A stretch of 64,000 nt of DNA from Octopus vulgaris (lineage: Eukaryota), in NCBI GenBank assembly GCA_951406725.2, contig OX597834.1, forward strand, positions 4,588,001 to 4,652,000, written 5' to 3'. Positions 1-12,434 of the stretch are shown piece by piece. Position 1 is the first letter of the stretch. Every line of letters begins with the position of its first letter. Both the position numbers and the translations under genes were made by a program. A model generated the notes under the pieces. That model was not told the origin of the DNA. It did not search any database and saw only the letters and a program-made list of their open reading frames with translations.

Positions 1-36
<36 letters not shown>

Positions 37-734
37 CAACTTATAAGTAAGGCTTAAAGAAAATTATTTCAATGCCAATATGCTGATAACAGACTATTAA
101 ATCGTCAATTTCCACATATAATTTACTCGCTACAGATATACAGATATACCCCAGTTATATCTAAAAATAAAAATTATTTGGTCAGCCTCAGTACAACGTG
201 TTGACTGTTCCCAACTACAGGTTATAGTGGTTACCAGTCCCTATAGCGAGTAGTCTTTTTGAGATTAATTCCGAAATTGATTCAATATAGAAATAACGAA
301 TTTAAAAAAAATTCTAACGGCCGGTTTGCCCGACTTCAGTTCTTCGGTTTTTGCTGTAGCGAGTAAATTATATGTGGAAATTGACGATTTAATAATATGT
401 TACCAGCATATTGACTTTGGAATAATTTTCTTTAGCCCTTACTTATAAGTTGTTTATAATTTTAACTGTAAAGGTATTTTAATATGCTGCCACATTTCTT
501 GATGGAATTTTTTTCTGTAGAGAAAAGAAACATCATCCTATATTAGTAGTAGACTTATAACTACTCACTATAGGGACGTAACCACTATAACCTGTAGTGT
601 GGAACAGTCAACACGTTGTACTGAGGCTGACCAAAGAATTTTTATTTTTAGATATAACTGGGGTACTTAAATGTACCCATGTTTTTTGCTTCGGCTTTTT
701 CCATGGGCGCATGTAAGTATCTTATTTATATCCT

Positions 735-809
735 TTCGTAAGTTCTGCTGAGGAGGAATAAGTGTTTTTGAGATTAATTCCGAAATTGATTCAATATAGA
801 AATAACGAA
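735..809 (+). ncRNA. Type I hammerhead ribozyme (junction of units 1 and 2)
   Basis: Stem I TTCGT-aag-TTCTG / TAGAA-ata-ACGAA; core CTGAGGA 748-754; stem II GGAAT/ATTCC; GAAA 782-785; stem III TTGATTCAA; AUA site ending at 796. Confidence 0.8.
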
Positions 810-1244
810 TTTAAAAAAAATTCTAACGGCCGGCTTGCCCGACTTCAGTTCTTCGGTTTTTGCTGTAGCGAGTAAATTATATGCGGAAATTGACGATTTA
901 ATAGTCTGTTATCAGCATATTGGCATTGAAATAATTTTCTTTAGCCCTTACTTATAAGTTGTTTATAATTTTAACCGTAAAGGTATTTTAATATGCTGCC
1001 ACATTTCTTGATGGAATTTTTTTCTGTAGAGAAAAAAAAACACCATCCTATATTAGTAGTAGACTTATAACTACTCACTATAAGGACGTAACCACTATAA
1101 CCTGTAGTGGGGAACAGTCAACACGTTGTACTGAGGCTGACCAAAGAATTTTTATTTTTAGATATAACAAGGGTACTTAAATGTACTCATGTTTTTTGCT
1201 TTGGCTTTTTCCATGGGCGCATGTAAGTATCTTATTTATATCCT

Positions 1245-1319
1245 TTCGTAAGTTCTACTGAGGAGGAATGAGTCTTTTTGAGATTAATTCCGAAATTGAT
1301 TCAATATAGAAATAACGAA
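1245..1319 (+). ncRNA. Type I hammerhead ribozyme (junction of units 2 and 3)
   Basis: Same fold; CTGAGGA 1258-1264; stem I fully Watson-Crick TTCTA/TAGAA; predicted cleavage after 1306. Confidence 0.82.
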
Positions 1320-1566
1320 TTTAAAAAAAATTCTAACGGCCGGCTTGCCCGACTTCAGTTCTTCGGTTTTTGCTGTAGCGAGTAAATTATATGTGGAAAT
1401 TGACGATTTAAAAGTCTGTTATCAGCATATTGGCATTGAAATAATTTTCTTTAGCCCTTACTTATAAGTTGTTTATAATTTTAACCGTAAAGGTATTTTA
1501 ATATGCTGCCACATTTCTTGATGGAATTTTTTTCTGAAGAGAAAAAAACTTCATCCTATATTAGTA

Positions 1567-1612
<46 letters not shown>

Positions 1613-2503
1613 TATGTATAAATCAGTATGTAAAACATATGAGCGAAACAGTATCATTTGCATTTAGGATCAGTGTTTGTTATTGTAATCGTGCGGTGTT
1701 GTTTAGCATAATGTTGTTATTGAGTAAATGGTTCGAGAAGCTAAGTTCTACCCTGTATATATTCCAAGTCTAGAGTTTTGTTTGATGATCATTGGTTTTC
1801 AGTATGTGCGGTGAACATATGTTGGAATGGATAGGAGAACATCCGGAACTTGATTTTGTTGATAAAATCTAGAAGCTTGAATTGCTAATCTTGAGGGGTA
1901 ATTTTAGTGATCTTTTGCAGAATACCATGGACGTAAGATTTTCATTTTATCCTTTTCAGGAGTCTACAGTTTTGTCAAGTAATTATCTTGGCTTATAACC
2001 CGTTTAATTATGTGGGAATATTTACCACCAAGTAGTTCATGCTATAACGATTCGATAGTAATTTAATTTTTGTTGAATATTTGGCATGTTGTCAACATTG
2101 CTACTTTATTATATATTATATAATTCATCTAGTTATCAAATCCTTATTGATCAGTAGGACATGACCTTGGAGAGAATAGCTGCTCAAGAATCAATCCCCG
2201 TATTTAACCTTTACTGCTTATTCGTTTGTTCCTTTTTGGCGAACGGATCAGCGATGGAGACATAAACTCCGACTCAGTGAGAGACGCACAAAAGAAACAC
2301 AAACATATCCACAGATATATTTACGCACGCATTCTGTCTCTTTGCCACACACACATACACGCGGCAGGTTTCAACACAGTTTCTCAACCCGGGGTTACTT
2401 TGACGACACCTGCCGAAAATGTCTCAGAGCGTGAGCCACCACGAAACCATCTGGGCATGAAACGAACCTCTTATCCAAAAATCCAAGTCTACGCCCCTGC
2501 TAA

Positions 2504-2896
2504 TCTTTATATATAAAAGTGAAGTTGTGTGTCTGTCTCCTACGATTTAGATTTCTAACTACTCCCACATTTTGCGGTGCAGTGTAACTAAAACCGGGCA
2601 TCTTATAGTCGTGATTCATATCGAGCCCTTCTGGGTATTAGCGCGTGTCTACGATGAGTCTACGATTTAAAAAAAAATCACCATCATTTTTTCCCATTTT
2701 TAATAAATTTATTTTGCTATTATATAAGGGAAGTAACTCTCTAAAAATATATTATTAAATCTCAGAACGTAAATGCTACAGTAACCCCCCCTTTGTGGTT
2801 AGCCATATTGAGATGGCTATTATACTTTACATCTCTAAAAATGCTTATATAGTTATTTCCCTTACAAACCCGAGCAACGCCGGGCGATACTGCTAG
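2504..2896 (+). mobile_element. Non-autonomous Helitron
   Basis: Inserted between A and T; 5' TC, 3' CTAG preceded by hairpin CCCGAGCAACGCCGGG; homologous to copies at 57077 and 60634. Confidence 0.85.
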
Positions 2897-3496
2897 TACA
2901 TAATAATAACAGCAAGCGCTTATGATTAAGTTGTATGAGAGGTTAGCATTTTGTTTTAATTCAAGAATTAGCTGAGAGCAACTGAGAAAACCGCGATCAT
3001 TTCACAGATTTGGCCTTCTACATTTTATGCAGTATATGCAAAGTCTTAATACATGTTCCAAAATATATTATGGTAATCAAATGATTTAAATCAGCGTCTG
3101 AAAGTAATGAATCTCGCATGGAACACAATGAAAGTGAATGATATTCGGTGCGAAGAGGAAAGTAGTAAATTAAATCGTTTCTCTCAACGCCGTCTATCAT
3201 TTCATTTGGAGACCATTCGAATATCATTTGGCTTATTCTTGTTGAACAAATCTTATGATTTGACCTATTCTTGTACGGATCTTGTGAAAAATCAAAATAA
3301 ATTATTTCCCTATTTCATTAATATTAGCTATGATCTACTGCGAAAAGGACAGGCGTATTATCTAATCTATAAGAAAGTATAAAAAAATACACTGAGGCAA
3401 ATATATACAAGTGGAAACAAAGAAATTATAAGATGATAAGAAGAACATATATTTATTTGAAACTAAATTAAAACTACCGTACTAATTTTCTGATCC

Positions 3497-3765
3497 AGTG
3501 ATTGCCGCCCGTTGATAAGAGGTAATAACCTCGAAACCGCGGTCCGGTGCGTATCACTTAGGTTTACGAGAAAGGGATGGCCTCCCTTTGCAAATACCAT
3601 AAGGGCACAGAAAGTGTGCCTAACGCCAGCTGGAGACGATGATCTCCTGGGGCTAAAAAGCTACAGTAACACCCCCCTTTGTGGTTAGCCATATTGAGAT
3701 GGCTATTATACTTTACATTGTCGAGCGATTACTATGTACATCTCGTTCTGAGATTTAATAATGTT
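3497..3765 (+). mobile_element. PLE-pLTR-like fragment with decayed minimal hammerhead
   Basis: TTGATAA (decayed CTGATGA), stem II GAGGT/ACCTC, GAAAC-CGCG-GTC, stem I GTGAT..CCG/CGG..ATCAC; same family as 48525-48750. Confidence 0.7.
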
Positions 3766-4045
3766 TAAATAGAAGAATTTGTATTAAAATAAGAAAAATA
3801 TAAATGCGTAAATGACAAATTGAAATGACAAAAATATTGACTTAAAAAAATGTCTGGGGTTGACTTGTTCAACTAAACCCTTCCAGGCGGTGCTCCGTAA
3901 AATATAAAAGATAAATACAGTAGAACCTCGGTTTACGAACGCCTCTGACCACGAATAAATCGTACTTTATCTTCTGTCCTTCTCATATTCATTTAATACA
4001 GTAGTACCTCGGTTTACGAATGCCTCTGCTCATGAATAAATTGTG

Positions 4046-4111
<66 letters not shown>

Positions 4112-4135
4112 ATATATAATATATATATATATATA

Positions 4136-4205
4136 TGGTGGTGTAAATGGCGGTGCCCCAGCATGGCCACAGCTCATAAGCTGAAACTAGAATCAATCAA
4201 TCAAT
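4136..4205 (+). mobile_element. Short retroposon 3' end with (AATC)n tail
   Basis: GGCGGTGCCCCAGCATGGCCACAGCTCATAAGCTGAAACTAG(AATC)3; minus-strand copy at ~24300-24363; related to the 3' end of SINE family B. Confidence 0.7.
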
Positions 4206-4214
4206 CATATACAT

Positions 4215-4280
<66 letters not shown>

Positions 4281-4281
<1 letters not shown>

Positions 4282-4769
4282 AAATAATGTACATTTAAAC
4301 ACAAGAGAAACTACCTTTAACAGGTAATTTCACACGCTAGAAGAAGCAGTCAAAACGACCGAAGCACATTTAAGAGCAATTTCGAAGGGAATGAAAAATT
4401 AAAACTTTTGCCTTGTTATTTTTTTACGGTTATACCTAGGTTTAAAATTTTTCTAGCAAATAAAATAATTTGTCAGGCGAAATTCTCATCAGTAACCGCG
4501 CCATAACATTAACATATAATTTAGAGACAAGTAACACGTGTTCCATCATTATATGTTACAATTTTTCAAATTTACCGCGCAAGTGCAGTTTCACTGATCT
4601 TCGAAATGCTATACGTAAATCATATACGTAAAATATAGAGGGTAGCGAATATTCTTTAGAAATTTCACTACCAGTGGCTTAGCATGTATAAAAAGTCAAT
4701 AGACAACATATTATCAATATAAAATAGTGTACATTTAAACACAAGAAAAACTATCTTTAACAGGTAATT
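4281..4769 (-). mobile_element. 440-bp hammerhead monomer with 49-bp terminal direct repeat in (TA)n
   Basis: 4281-4329 repeated at 4721-4769. Minus-strand fold at 4427-4498: CGGTTA CTGATGA GAATTT..AAATTT TAAA CCTAGG TA TAACCG, with G12 mutated. Confidence 0.78.
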
Positions 4770-5203
4770 TTATATATGTATATATAAAGCACGATTTATT
4801 CGCAATCTGAGTTGTTCGAAAATCGAGGTGCTACTGTATTTTGTTCCGATTTAGCTCTACTTGAGTCCTGTTAGTAGTCAAGAATGAAACTCGATAATAT
4901 GTTAATTTCTTAAACTTTCGTTTACTAAATGACCAGAAGTTTTAATTTAATTCCCAAGAAGAATAAATAGTATATAGCTGGAGGTTGATTTACTACAACG
5001 CTGTCGCATAACGTATGAAGTAGATTAACTTTAGCATAAACGTATTATAAATGAGCTTACGCACACATATAGAAATATAGATAATCAACTTGATAAGCAC
5101 GTATACACACATACACACACAAATTTGTAGTATAGGTTATGAAGACTGTGCCCCGTGGAACACCACTAACCGTGTTTCTAGAGGTGGATCAATTGGCCAG
5201 CAC

Positions 5204-5273
<70 letters not shown>

Positions 5274-5870
5274 ATACAAAAAAGAAGATTTTTTTTCGAA
5301 CGAATAATTGTCGTTTGAACAGAAATACAACATAAATTACCTTTAGAAAATGGAAAAATTTGTCAACGAACAGCCATGGCTGTTTGTTGACGTTCAATAT
5401 GCATACAATATAAATATTTAGATTTTCCAACCCGTCTTCACTTGTCTTTGAATCCGGAAGTGGTTTCGAAGGTTTGTTATAGTTGGCGAATGTTTAGGAG
5501 TACAAGAGATAATTCAGAAATTCATCTGACGATTTTATTTCCTTTTATTTCCAGAAGATTTTGCTAGGAAAATATAACTATAAAAAAGAAAAAGAAATAG
5601 AAAAACAAAAACAAGGGGCTGTACAGAAAAAATGTGAAGTGGAAAGAAAAGGAAAGGAATGAGGGAAAGAAAGAAGATTGACAGATTGTTGTGTAACTAG
5701 CAAAACAGATCTCAGGTTCGACAATTGTAGAAGCTTGAAGAAATGACATGCAGTTAAAGTAGGCGTTTACGTCGATGTTTTTCTATCTGCTTCCTTCTCT
5801 CTCTCTATATATATATACATACACACAGATATAAGCATTCATAATACATATATACATGCGTATATATGTA

Positions 5871-6100
5871 GGCGGCAAGCTGGCAGAAATGTTAGCGCGC
5901 CGGGCGAAATGCGTAGCCGTATTTCGTCTGCCGTTACGTTCTGAGTTCAAATTCCAGCGAGGTCGACTTTGCCTTTCATCCTTTCGGGGTCGATAAAGTA
6001 AGTACCAGTTACGCACTGGGGTCGATGTAATCGACTTAATCCGTTTGTTTGTCCTTGTTTGTCCCATCTATGTTTAGCCCATTGTGGGTAATAAAGAAAC
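5871..6100 (+). mobile_element. tRNA-derived SINE family A
   Basis: Box A TGGCAGAAATG, box B GAGTTCAAATT; central GCCTTTCATCCTTTCGGGGTCGATAAA resembles the Meta-type domain; more than 10 copies in the window. Confidence 0.9.
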
Positions 6101-6137
6101 ATATATACATGCGTACCTACCTACCTACCTACATACC

Positions 6138-6358
6138 TATTTCTTTACTACCACAACACAGAGGGAACAAACAAGGACAGACAAATAGATTAAGTCGATT
6201 ACATCGACCTCAGTGTGCAACTGGTACTTATTTAATCGACCCCGAAAGGATGAAAGTCAAAGTCGACCTCGGCAGAATTTGAACTGAGAACGTAACGGCA
6301 GACGAAATACGGCTACGCATTTCGCCCGGCGTGCTAACGTTTCTGCCAGCTCGCCGCC
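6138..6358 (-). mobile_element. SINE family A, inverted relative to its neighbour
   Basis: Reverse complement of family A, tail-to-tail with 5871-6100. Confidence 0.9.
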
Positions 6359-6714
6359 CTACTTACCTACCTACCTACCTACCTACCTACCTACCTACCT
6401 ACCTACCTACCTACCTACTTACCTACCTGCCTACCTGCATACCTACCTACCTACCTACCTACCTACCTACCTACCTACCTACTTATCTATCTACCTACCT
6501 ACCTACCTGCCTACCTGCATACCTACCTACCTACCTACCTACCTACCTACCTACCTACCTACCTACCTACCTACCTACCTACCTACCTACCTACCTACCT
6601 ACCCACCCACCTACCTACCTACCCACCTACCTACCTACCTACCTACCTACCTACCTACCTACCTACCTACCTACCTACCTACCTACCTACCTACCTACCT
6701 ACCTACCTACCTAC
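6359..6714. repeat. (CTAC)n microsatellite
   Basis: Direct inspection; explains the LPTY ORF. Confidence 0.95.
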
Positions 6715-7617
6715 ATGCGTACATACATGCTTACACAAATGTATGTATGTGCATATATATATATATATAGGTTTCTCATAATATGTTACTTTGCGTATGG
6801 AGGAGTGGGGGAAATTCTTGAGCGCAATGGTAGGAACCGAACGGAATTACAAGCAAGGTGTGAAGACGTTGAAGTAGACAAACTGTAGGCAATATTGAAG
6901 AAACACTTTTACGACACACAGACACACACACACTCTCTTTCTCTCTCTCTCTCTCTCAAACACACCCACACACCCACACACACACGCACACACACACACA
7001 CCCACACACACACACGCACACAAATATATAAGTAGAGCTGCAAGTCTCCGCCACCCTTATCCAACGAACATGCTTCCTCGAAACTTTCTTCATAATTCAT
7101 ATTTTAATGACATTTTACAGTGATACGTTTTCAAAGAAGCGTATTTGGATTATGGTGATGAATTTTTAACGAAATTAATTTGTTTTTATAAAGAAAAATA
7201 ACTTCAAACCTTCCTAACCGTTCAATAAATCTCTTATGATCAATGCATAACATAAAAACTGAATGATATTATTAAATTTTATACATAATCAACGTGAAAT
7301 TGGAACACTTGATAAAAATTTCATAATTTATGATTCGTCTACTACTGTACGGATGGGAAGAGTTCTTGAAGATATTCTGTTCAACGCTGCGTACTTCTTA
7401 TCTCACACCGTTAAGTTGTGTAACGGTGACGGATAAATCCGTTTTTTTTTTTACTTTCTGTAAACAAATTATTGCTCTCACCAATATGTATGTCATCGAC
7501 AGCTTCGAAAACATATCTTTGTAAGATTTCATTAAAGAATATATATCAATATATATATTATTATATATGTTTCAAGGAAACTACATACATACATACATAC
7601 ATACATACATACATACA

Positions 7618-7653
<36 letters not shown>

Positions 7654-7727
7654 TATATGTATATATATCTGTGTATGTGTATGTATGTATGTATGTATGT
7701 ATGTATGTATGTATGTGTGTGTGTGTG

Positions 7728-7902
7728 TGAGAAGCTTGATTACCAACCACATGGTTTCAGGTTCAGTCCCACTGCGTGGCACCTTGGGCAAGTGTCTTCT
7801 ACTATAGCCCTGGCCGATCAAATCCTTGTGAGTGTATTTGGTATACGGAAACTGAAAGAAGCCCGTGGTATATATATATATATATATATATACAAGTGTT
7901 TA

Positions 7903-7944
<42 letters not shown>

Positions 7945-8158
7945 GGTGTGTGTGTGTGTATCCCATTACTCCTTGACAACCGGTGTTGGCGTGTCTAAGT
8001 CACAGTAGCGAGAAGTTCGTCAAAAAAGACCGATAAAATATATACTAGGCTTAAAATATATGTTCTGGGGTCGATGTGTTCGACTAAAACCATTCAAGGT
8101 GATGCCCCAATATGGCCACAGTCTAAAGAGTGAAACAAAGGTAAAAAAAGAGTAAAAA
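7728..8158 (+). mobile_element. tRNA-derived SINE family B (diverged)
   Basis: CCAACCACATGGTTTCAGGTTCAGTCCCACTGCGTGGCACCTTGGGCAAGTG head, internal TA/TG tract, GAGTAAAA-type tail. Confidence 0.88.
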
Positions 8159-8166
8159 TTAAAAAT

Positions 8167-8206
<40 letters not shown>

Positions 8207-8397
8207 CACATGCATACAGACATATATACAAACACACACACATTACATAATTAAATTTATCTCTACTTCTAAACAAAGTTTAAAAAAAATCTAGACGCTA
8301 GTCGCGACCAGCTTGAAAGGAAACTAAATGACATATGTTCCTTCTTCATGAGGCTTTACCATTATGAAGATACTTAGACATTTTTAGATGTAATACT

Positions 8398-9125
8398 TAA
8401 ACAGACGTCATGCATTTAAAGCGTTTTCTATCAAAGCGATTAATTGATGAAAACCTTTTCCGTGAAACTGTGCAAAAGCCCCTGTCTTGTGTAACTGCAT
8501 ACATAGTAAGTCGAGGAGTTTAATAACACCATCTGACTCTTGTGTGCTGAAGGTTAACAGCTCATGTCACCGATCTTCTTCCATTTTCCCGATAGTCTCG
8601 GGACGCAATGTCTGTGTTTTATTGGCTCTGTATAAATCACAAGAAACATGTTCACAAATCTCTTTATACATACATAAACATACACACACACGCAGGCATG
8701 CACCCCCCACACAGTGAAACGAAATAAGATTGGAGAAATCGAGGTGAATACCTCAGTCACAACTCCATGTCAGAAAACCGAGAAAATCTGTCTAACAGAA
8801 TTTCAAGCGAAGAAGATAAGAATCCGTATAGACTAAATCCATAGAGCGAGCCTAACAAACTATAGACTCGAGGTTATTTCCTCAGTCAAACATCTAAAAT
8901 ACACACCATCCCGTTTTACAAAGCGTCATCCCCATAAGTAGGGTATCAGTTTGTGGTTAAGAAAATGTGTCAATAATGATCTGTTGCTGCCCATGACAAA
9001 GTACAAATACAGCAGACGGAAGGATATTCTCGAATGGCCGTGATAGTGGTTACTATTGAATAGCCAATACTTCTAAATCTTATGAAATCCCATTTATTTG
9101 ATCTGCAAAGTTTCAATAACCAATA
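8398..9125 (+). repeat. Local direct duplication, copy 1
   Basis: Nearly identical to 10639-11407 apart from a few indels. Confidence 0.9.
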
Positions 9126-9636
9126 CATGAATGCAGAACGTATTTACAGACTAGGTAATATACGCAAAGGAATCAAGAATATTACCTCAGATTTGCCAAA
9201 AATCGGGTATATGAGATAAAGATAATTGAAATGCTATACAACATGAATTCCATTGAATGTAGAGCAATCTACTAATTGCTGTTGGGAGCATTTCTTATAA
9301 TAATAACAAGAATCCTTAATTCTCAGACGTTCACGTGCCATTGAGAAGATATTTGTTTTTCTGGGGAGAACATATCACTTTCTCTGTCAGTTTTGGTGAG
9401 TTATAGAATCTTGAGATTGTCTAATTTTCTCATAGAAGGTCGTCCCAATTAATATTCAGGTATTATTTCCCATTCTTTAGAAGATGAGGTAATTCTAATA
9501 AATGGAGAATGTGTATTATATGTTATATAATATATCTTTATCCGTTTTTGTTATTCAAATACATTCCACGGGCCACGTTGACTTGTATCAGCTCATTTTT
9601 ATTTCATGTATTCCGTATATATGTATGTATATGTAT

Positions 9637-9860
<224 letters not shown>

Positions 9861-10638
9861 ATACATATATGTACATATACACATATATATATCGAAATAC
9901 ACACACTTACTTATATAGATATATACGTATATTTTTATACAAATGCCTGCAAGTATAAATGTTCGTTTGTGTGTATGTGTGTGTGCGTATGTAGGTGCGT
10001 GTGTATGTGCATGTGTGCGTATAACAGCATTTTTGCTAGTCATAAATATTTTTCTGAAAACTTTTTCATCAATATAAACATTTCCTTTTGAACTTAGAAC
10101 GTTTGTAATATTTCAAAGAATAAATATTATGTCTGTATTTATGGTCATCAAATTTTAATTCAAAATTTTATAATATTGCTCACTAAACGTAACATAGTAA
10201 GCTCTTTCGAAAACAGTTTAAGGTAAAATAAAATACGGCTGCTTTTGAATTTTAATAATATCAAACATTGTATATTTTTAGACAGCAATTGTACATGATT
10301 AGTAGAAGACGGAAACCATTGCTTCAAACCGAATCAAATATATAATGTACTGGATAAATACCGCAATGAAAATTGCGAGCAGTTTTTTTTAATTATCGGT
10401 GTCTGTATAACTGTTATCTTTTATCTTTTACTAGTTTCAGTCGTTTGACTGCGGACATGCTGTGGCATCGCCTTGTATGCATTTGTAATAATTAATAAAG
10501 AGCAGAAAACACGTAATAACGTACGTTTATTATGAGTATGCGTTGTATTTATTTTGTTGGTAAAACTATCATATTTTCAGTTTCAATCTTCAGCTTATAA
10601 TATTCGGCCACACATTCAACCTTTACATGTATGTTATG

Positions 10639-11407
10639 TAAACAGAGGTCATGCATTTAAAGTGTTTTTCTATCAAAGCGATTAACTGTTGAAAACCTTT
10701 TCCGTGAAACTGTGCAGAATGAACTTTACGAAAAGGTAGAATTCATAGCCCCTGTTTTGTGTAACTGCATACATAATAAGTCGAGGAGTTTAATAGCACC
10801 ACCTGACTCTTGTGTGCTGAAGGTTAACAGCTCATGTCACCGATCTTCTTCCATTTTCCCGATAGTCTCGGGACGCAATGTCGGTGTTTTATTGACTCTG
10901 TATAAACCACAAGAAACAGGTTCACAAATCTCTTTATACATACATAAACATACACACACACGCACGCACGCATGCACGCATGCATCCCCCCACAACACAG
11001 GGGGAGAAATCCAGGTGAATACCTCAGTCACAACTCCATGTCAGAAAACCGAGAAAATCTGTCTAACAGAATTTCAAGCGAAGAAGATAGGAATCCGTAT
11101 AGACTAAATCCACAGAGCGAGCCTAACAAACTATAAACTCGAGGTTATTTACCCATTATTTCCCCAGTCAAACATCTAAAATACACATCATCCCGTTTTA
11201 CAAAACCTCATCCCCATAAGTAGGGTATCAGTTTGTGGTTAAGAAAATGTGTCAATTATGATCTGTTGCTGCCCATGACAAAGTACAAAATACAACAGAC
11301 GGAAGGATATTCTCGAATGGCCGTGATAGTGGTTACTATTAAATAACCAATACTTCTAAATCTTATGAAATCCCATTTATTTGATCTGCAAAGGTTCAAT
11401 AACCAAT
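10639..11407 (+). repeat. Local direct duplication, copy 2
   Basis: Matches 8398-9125 and carries an extra ~30 bp at ~10717-10746. Confidence 0.9.
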
Positions 11408-11644
11408 ATGCATAAATCATTAGTTAACAGGATTATTTTACAGTCGTTAAACGGTTTATACCTTAAAGGTATCAAGCTGTATCTCACCGTTGTCAAAGCT
11501 AATTCCCCGATCCCTACTTTTGTTCATTATCCGTAACACTCTGGTTTACTCTTCCTTTAAAGCTCTCTCCTCTTTCTCTTCTCTAAAGCCTCTTCCTCAG
11601 CACTTTAACTCACATAATTTCAAGATTAGCAGAAACCAAGATCA

Positions 11645-12430
11645 ACAACCTGTTGATGCGCAGACATGCGCTCTGTGGCTTCACCTGGATGGTGAACAGG
11701 TGTGGTCTCCGCTTGCTAAACAGAAGTTTCCCAGGTTCACTAGTTTCGGTGGACGGGAAACCTGGTTCTATCGTAGATCGAAGTTGGGTACATGGTTTAC
11801 GGAGTGCTGTAAGGCTTCCCTGTCATTCCGTCGCTCGGGTAATGCCAGCGCTGGTGGTTCAGCCGCATCTTTCTATAGACGGATGGTAGAGTAGGGATAT
11901 GACAATACCTTGAGGGAAACCCTAGTTCTCGATGATAATCAAATGGCCAGTCTGTTCTAATGTACATTCGGGCCGAAGACTCTGGATAACTTTCAGAAGT
12001 CTCTGGTTTGGCAGTGTTACCAAAGAGCTTTGCCCATTCGAGACAAGCTCACAAGACACGGTTGCCCCGGCCTATTGACCTGTCCAAGATGCGGGAAGGA
12101 TAGAGAAACTGACATGCATGATATTGTTCAGTGCTCGGAGGTGTCGAACGTGTGGGCTTGTGCTGAACAACTAATGTTGAGGACAAGAAGAATACAGCTG
12201 TCGTCTAAGTCAATTCTAAAAATTGACCCACCTGTTTCCTTATCGAAAGAAGGTAAGAATTGTTTTCTCGTAGTAGTAGCAATTGCGAAAGAGGTGATAT
12301 GGAAGACTAGAGTGAAAGCACTGGAGACAGGTAGTTGCATCTTTGGCTCTGCATTGGGGAATTGTTTTCACTTTTCACTTGAAATGAAAAATAGAGCTAG
12401 AGAAAAGATTCCTGTCGGCGAAAATGTTCA
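11645..12430 (+). pseudogene. Tx1/L1-clade LINE ORF2 C-terminal remnant (zf-RVT-like)
   Basis: WQCYQRALPIRDKL..CPRCGKDRETDMHDIVQC..AKEVIWKTR motif pattern, with stops and frameshifts; truncated by a SINE array. Confidence 0.8.
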
Positions 12431-12434
12431 CTAT

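Larger units (their letters stand above)
35..1569 (+). mobile_element. Tandem 509/510-bp hammerhead-bearing repeat (~2.6 units) with inverted 5' segments, embedded in (TA)n; PLE-pLTR/retrozyme-like
   Basis: GAGATTAATTCCGAAATTGATTCAATATAG recurs at 261, 770 and 1280. 35-135 and 148-255 are reverse complements of two unit segments (~352-452, ~555-665). (TA)n at 1-32 and 1569-1610. Confidence 0.85.
3918..4836. mobile_element. pogo/Tigger-like MITE with duplicated left TIR and nested insertions
   Basis: TA-CAGTAG(A/T)ACCTCGGTTTACGAA at 3918 and 3999; inverted TTCGAAAATCGAGGTGCTACTG-TA ending at 4836. Confidence 0.7.
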
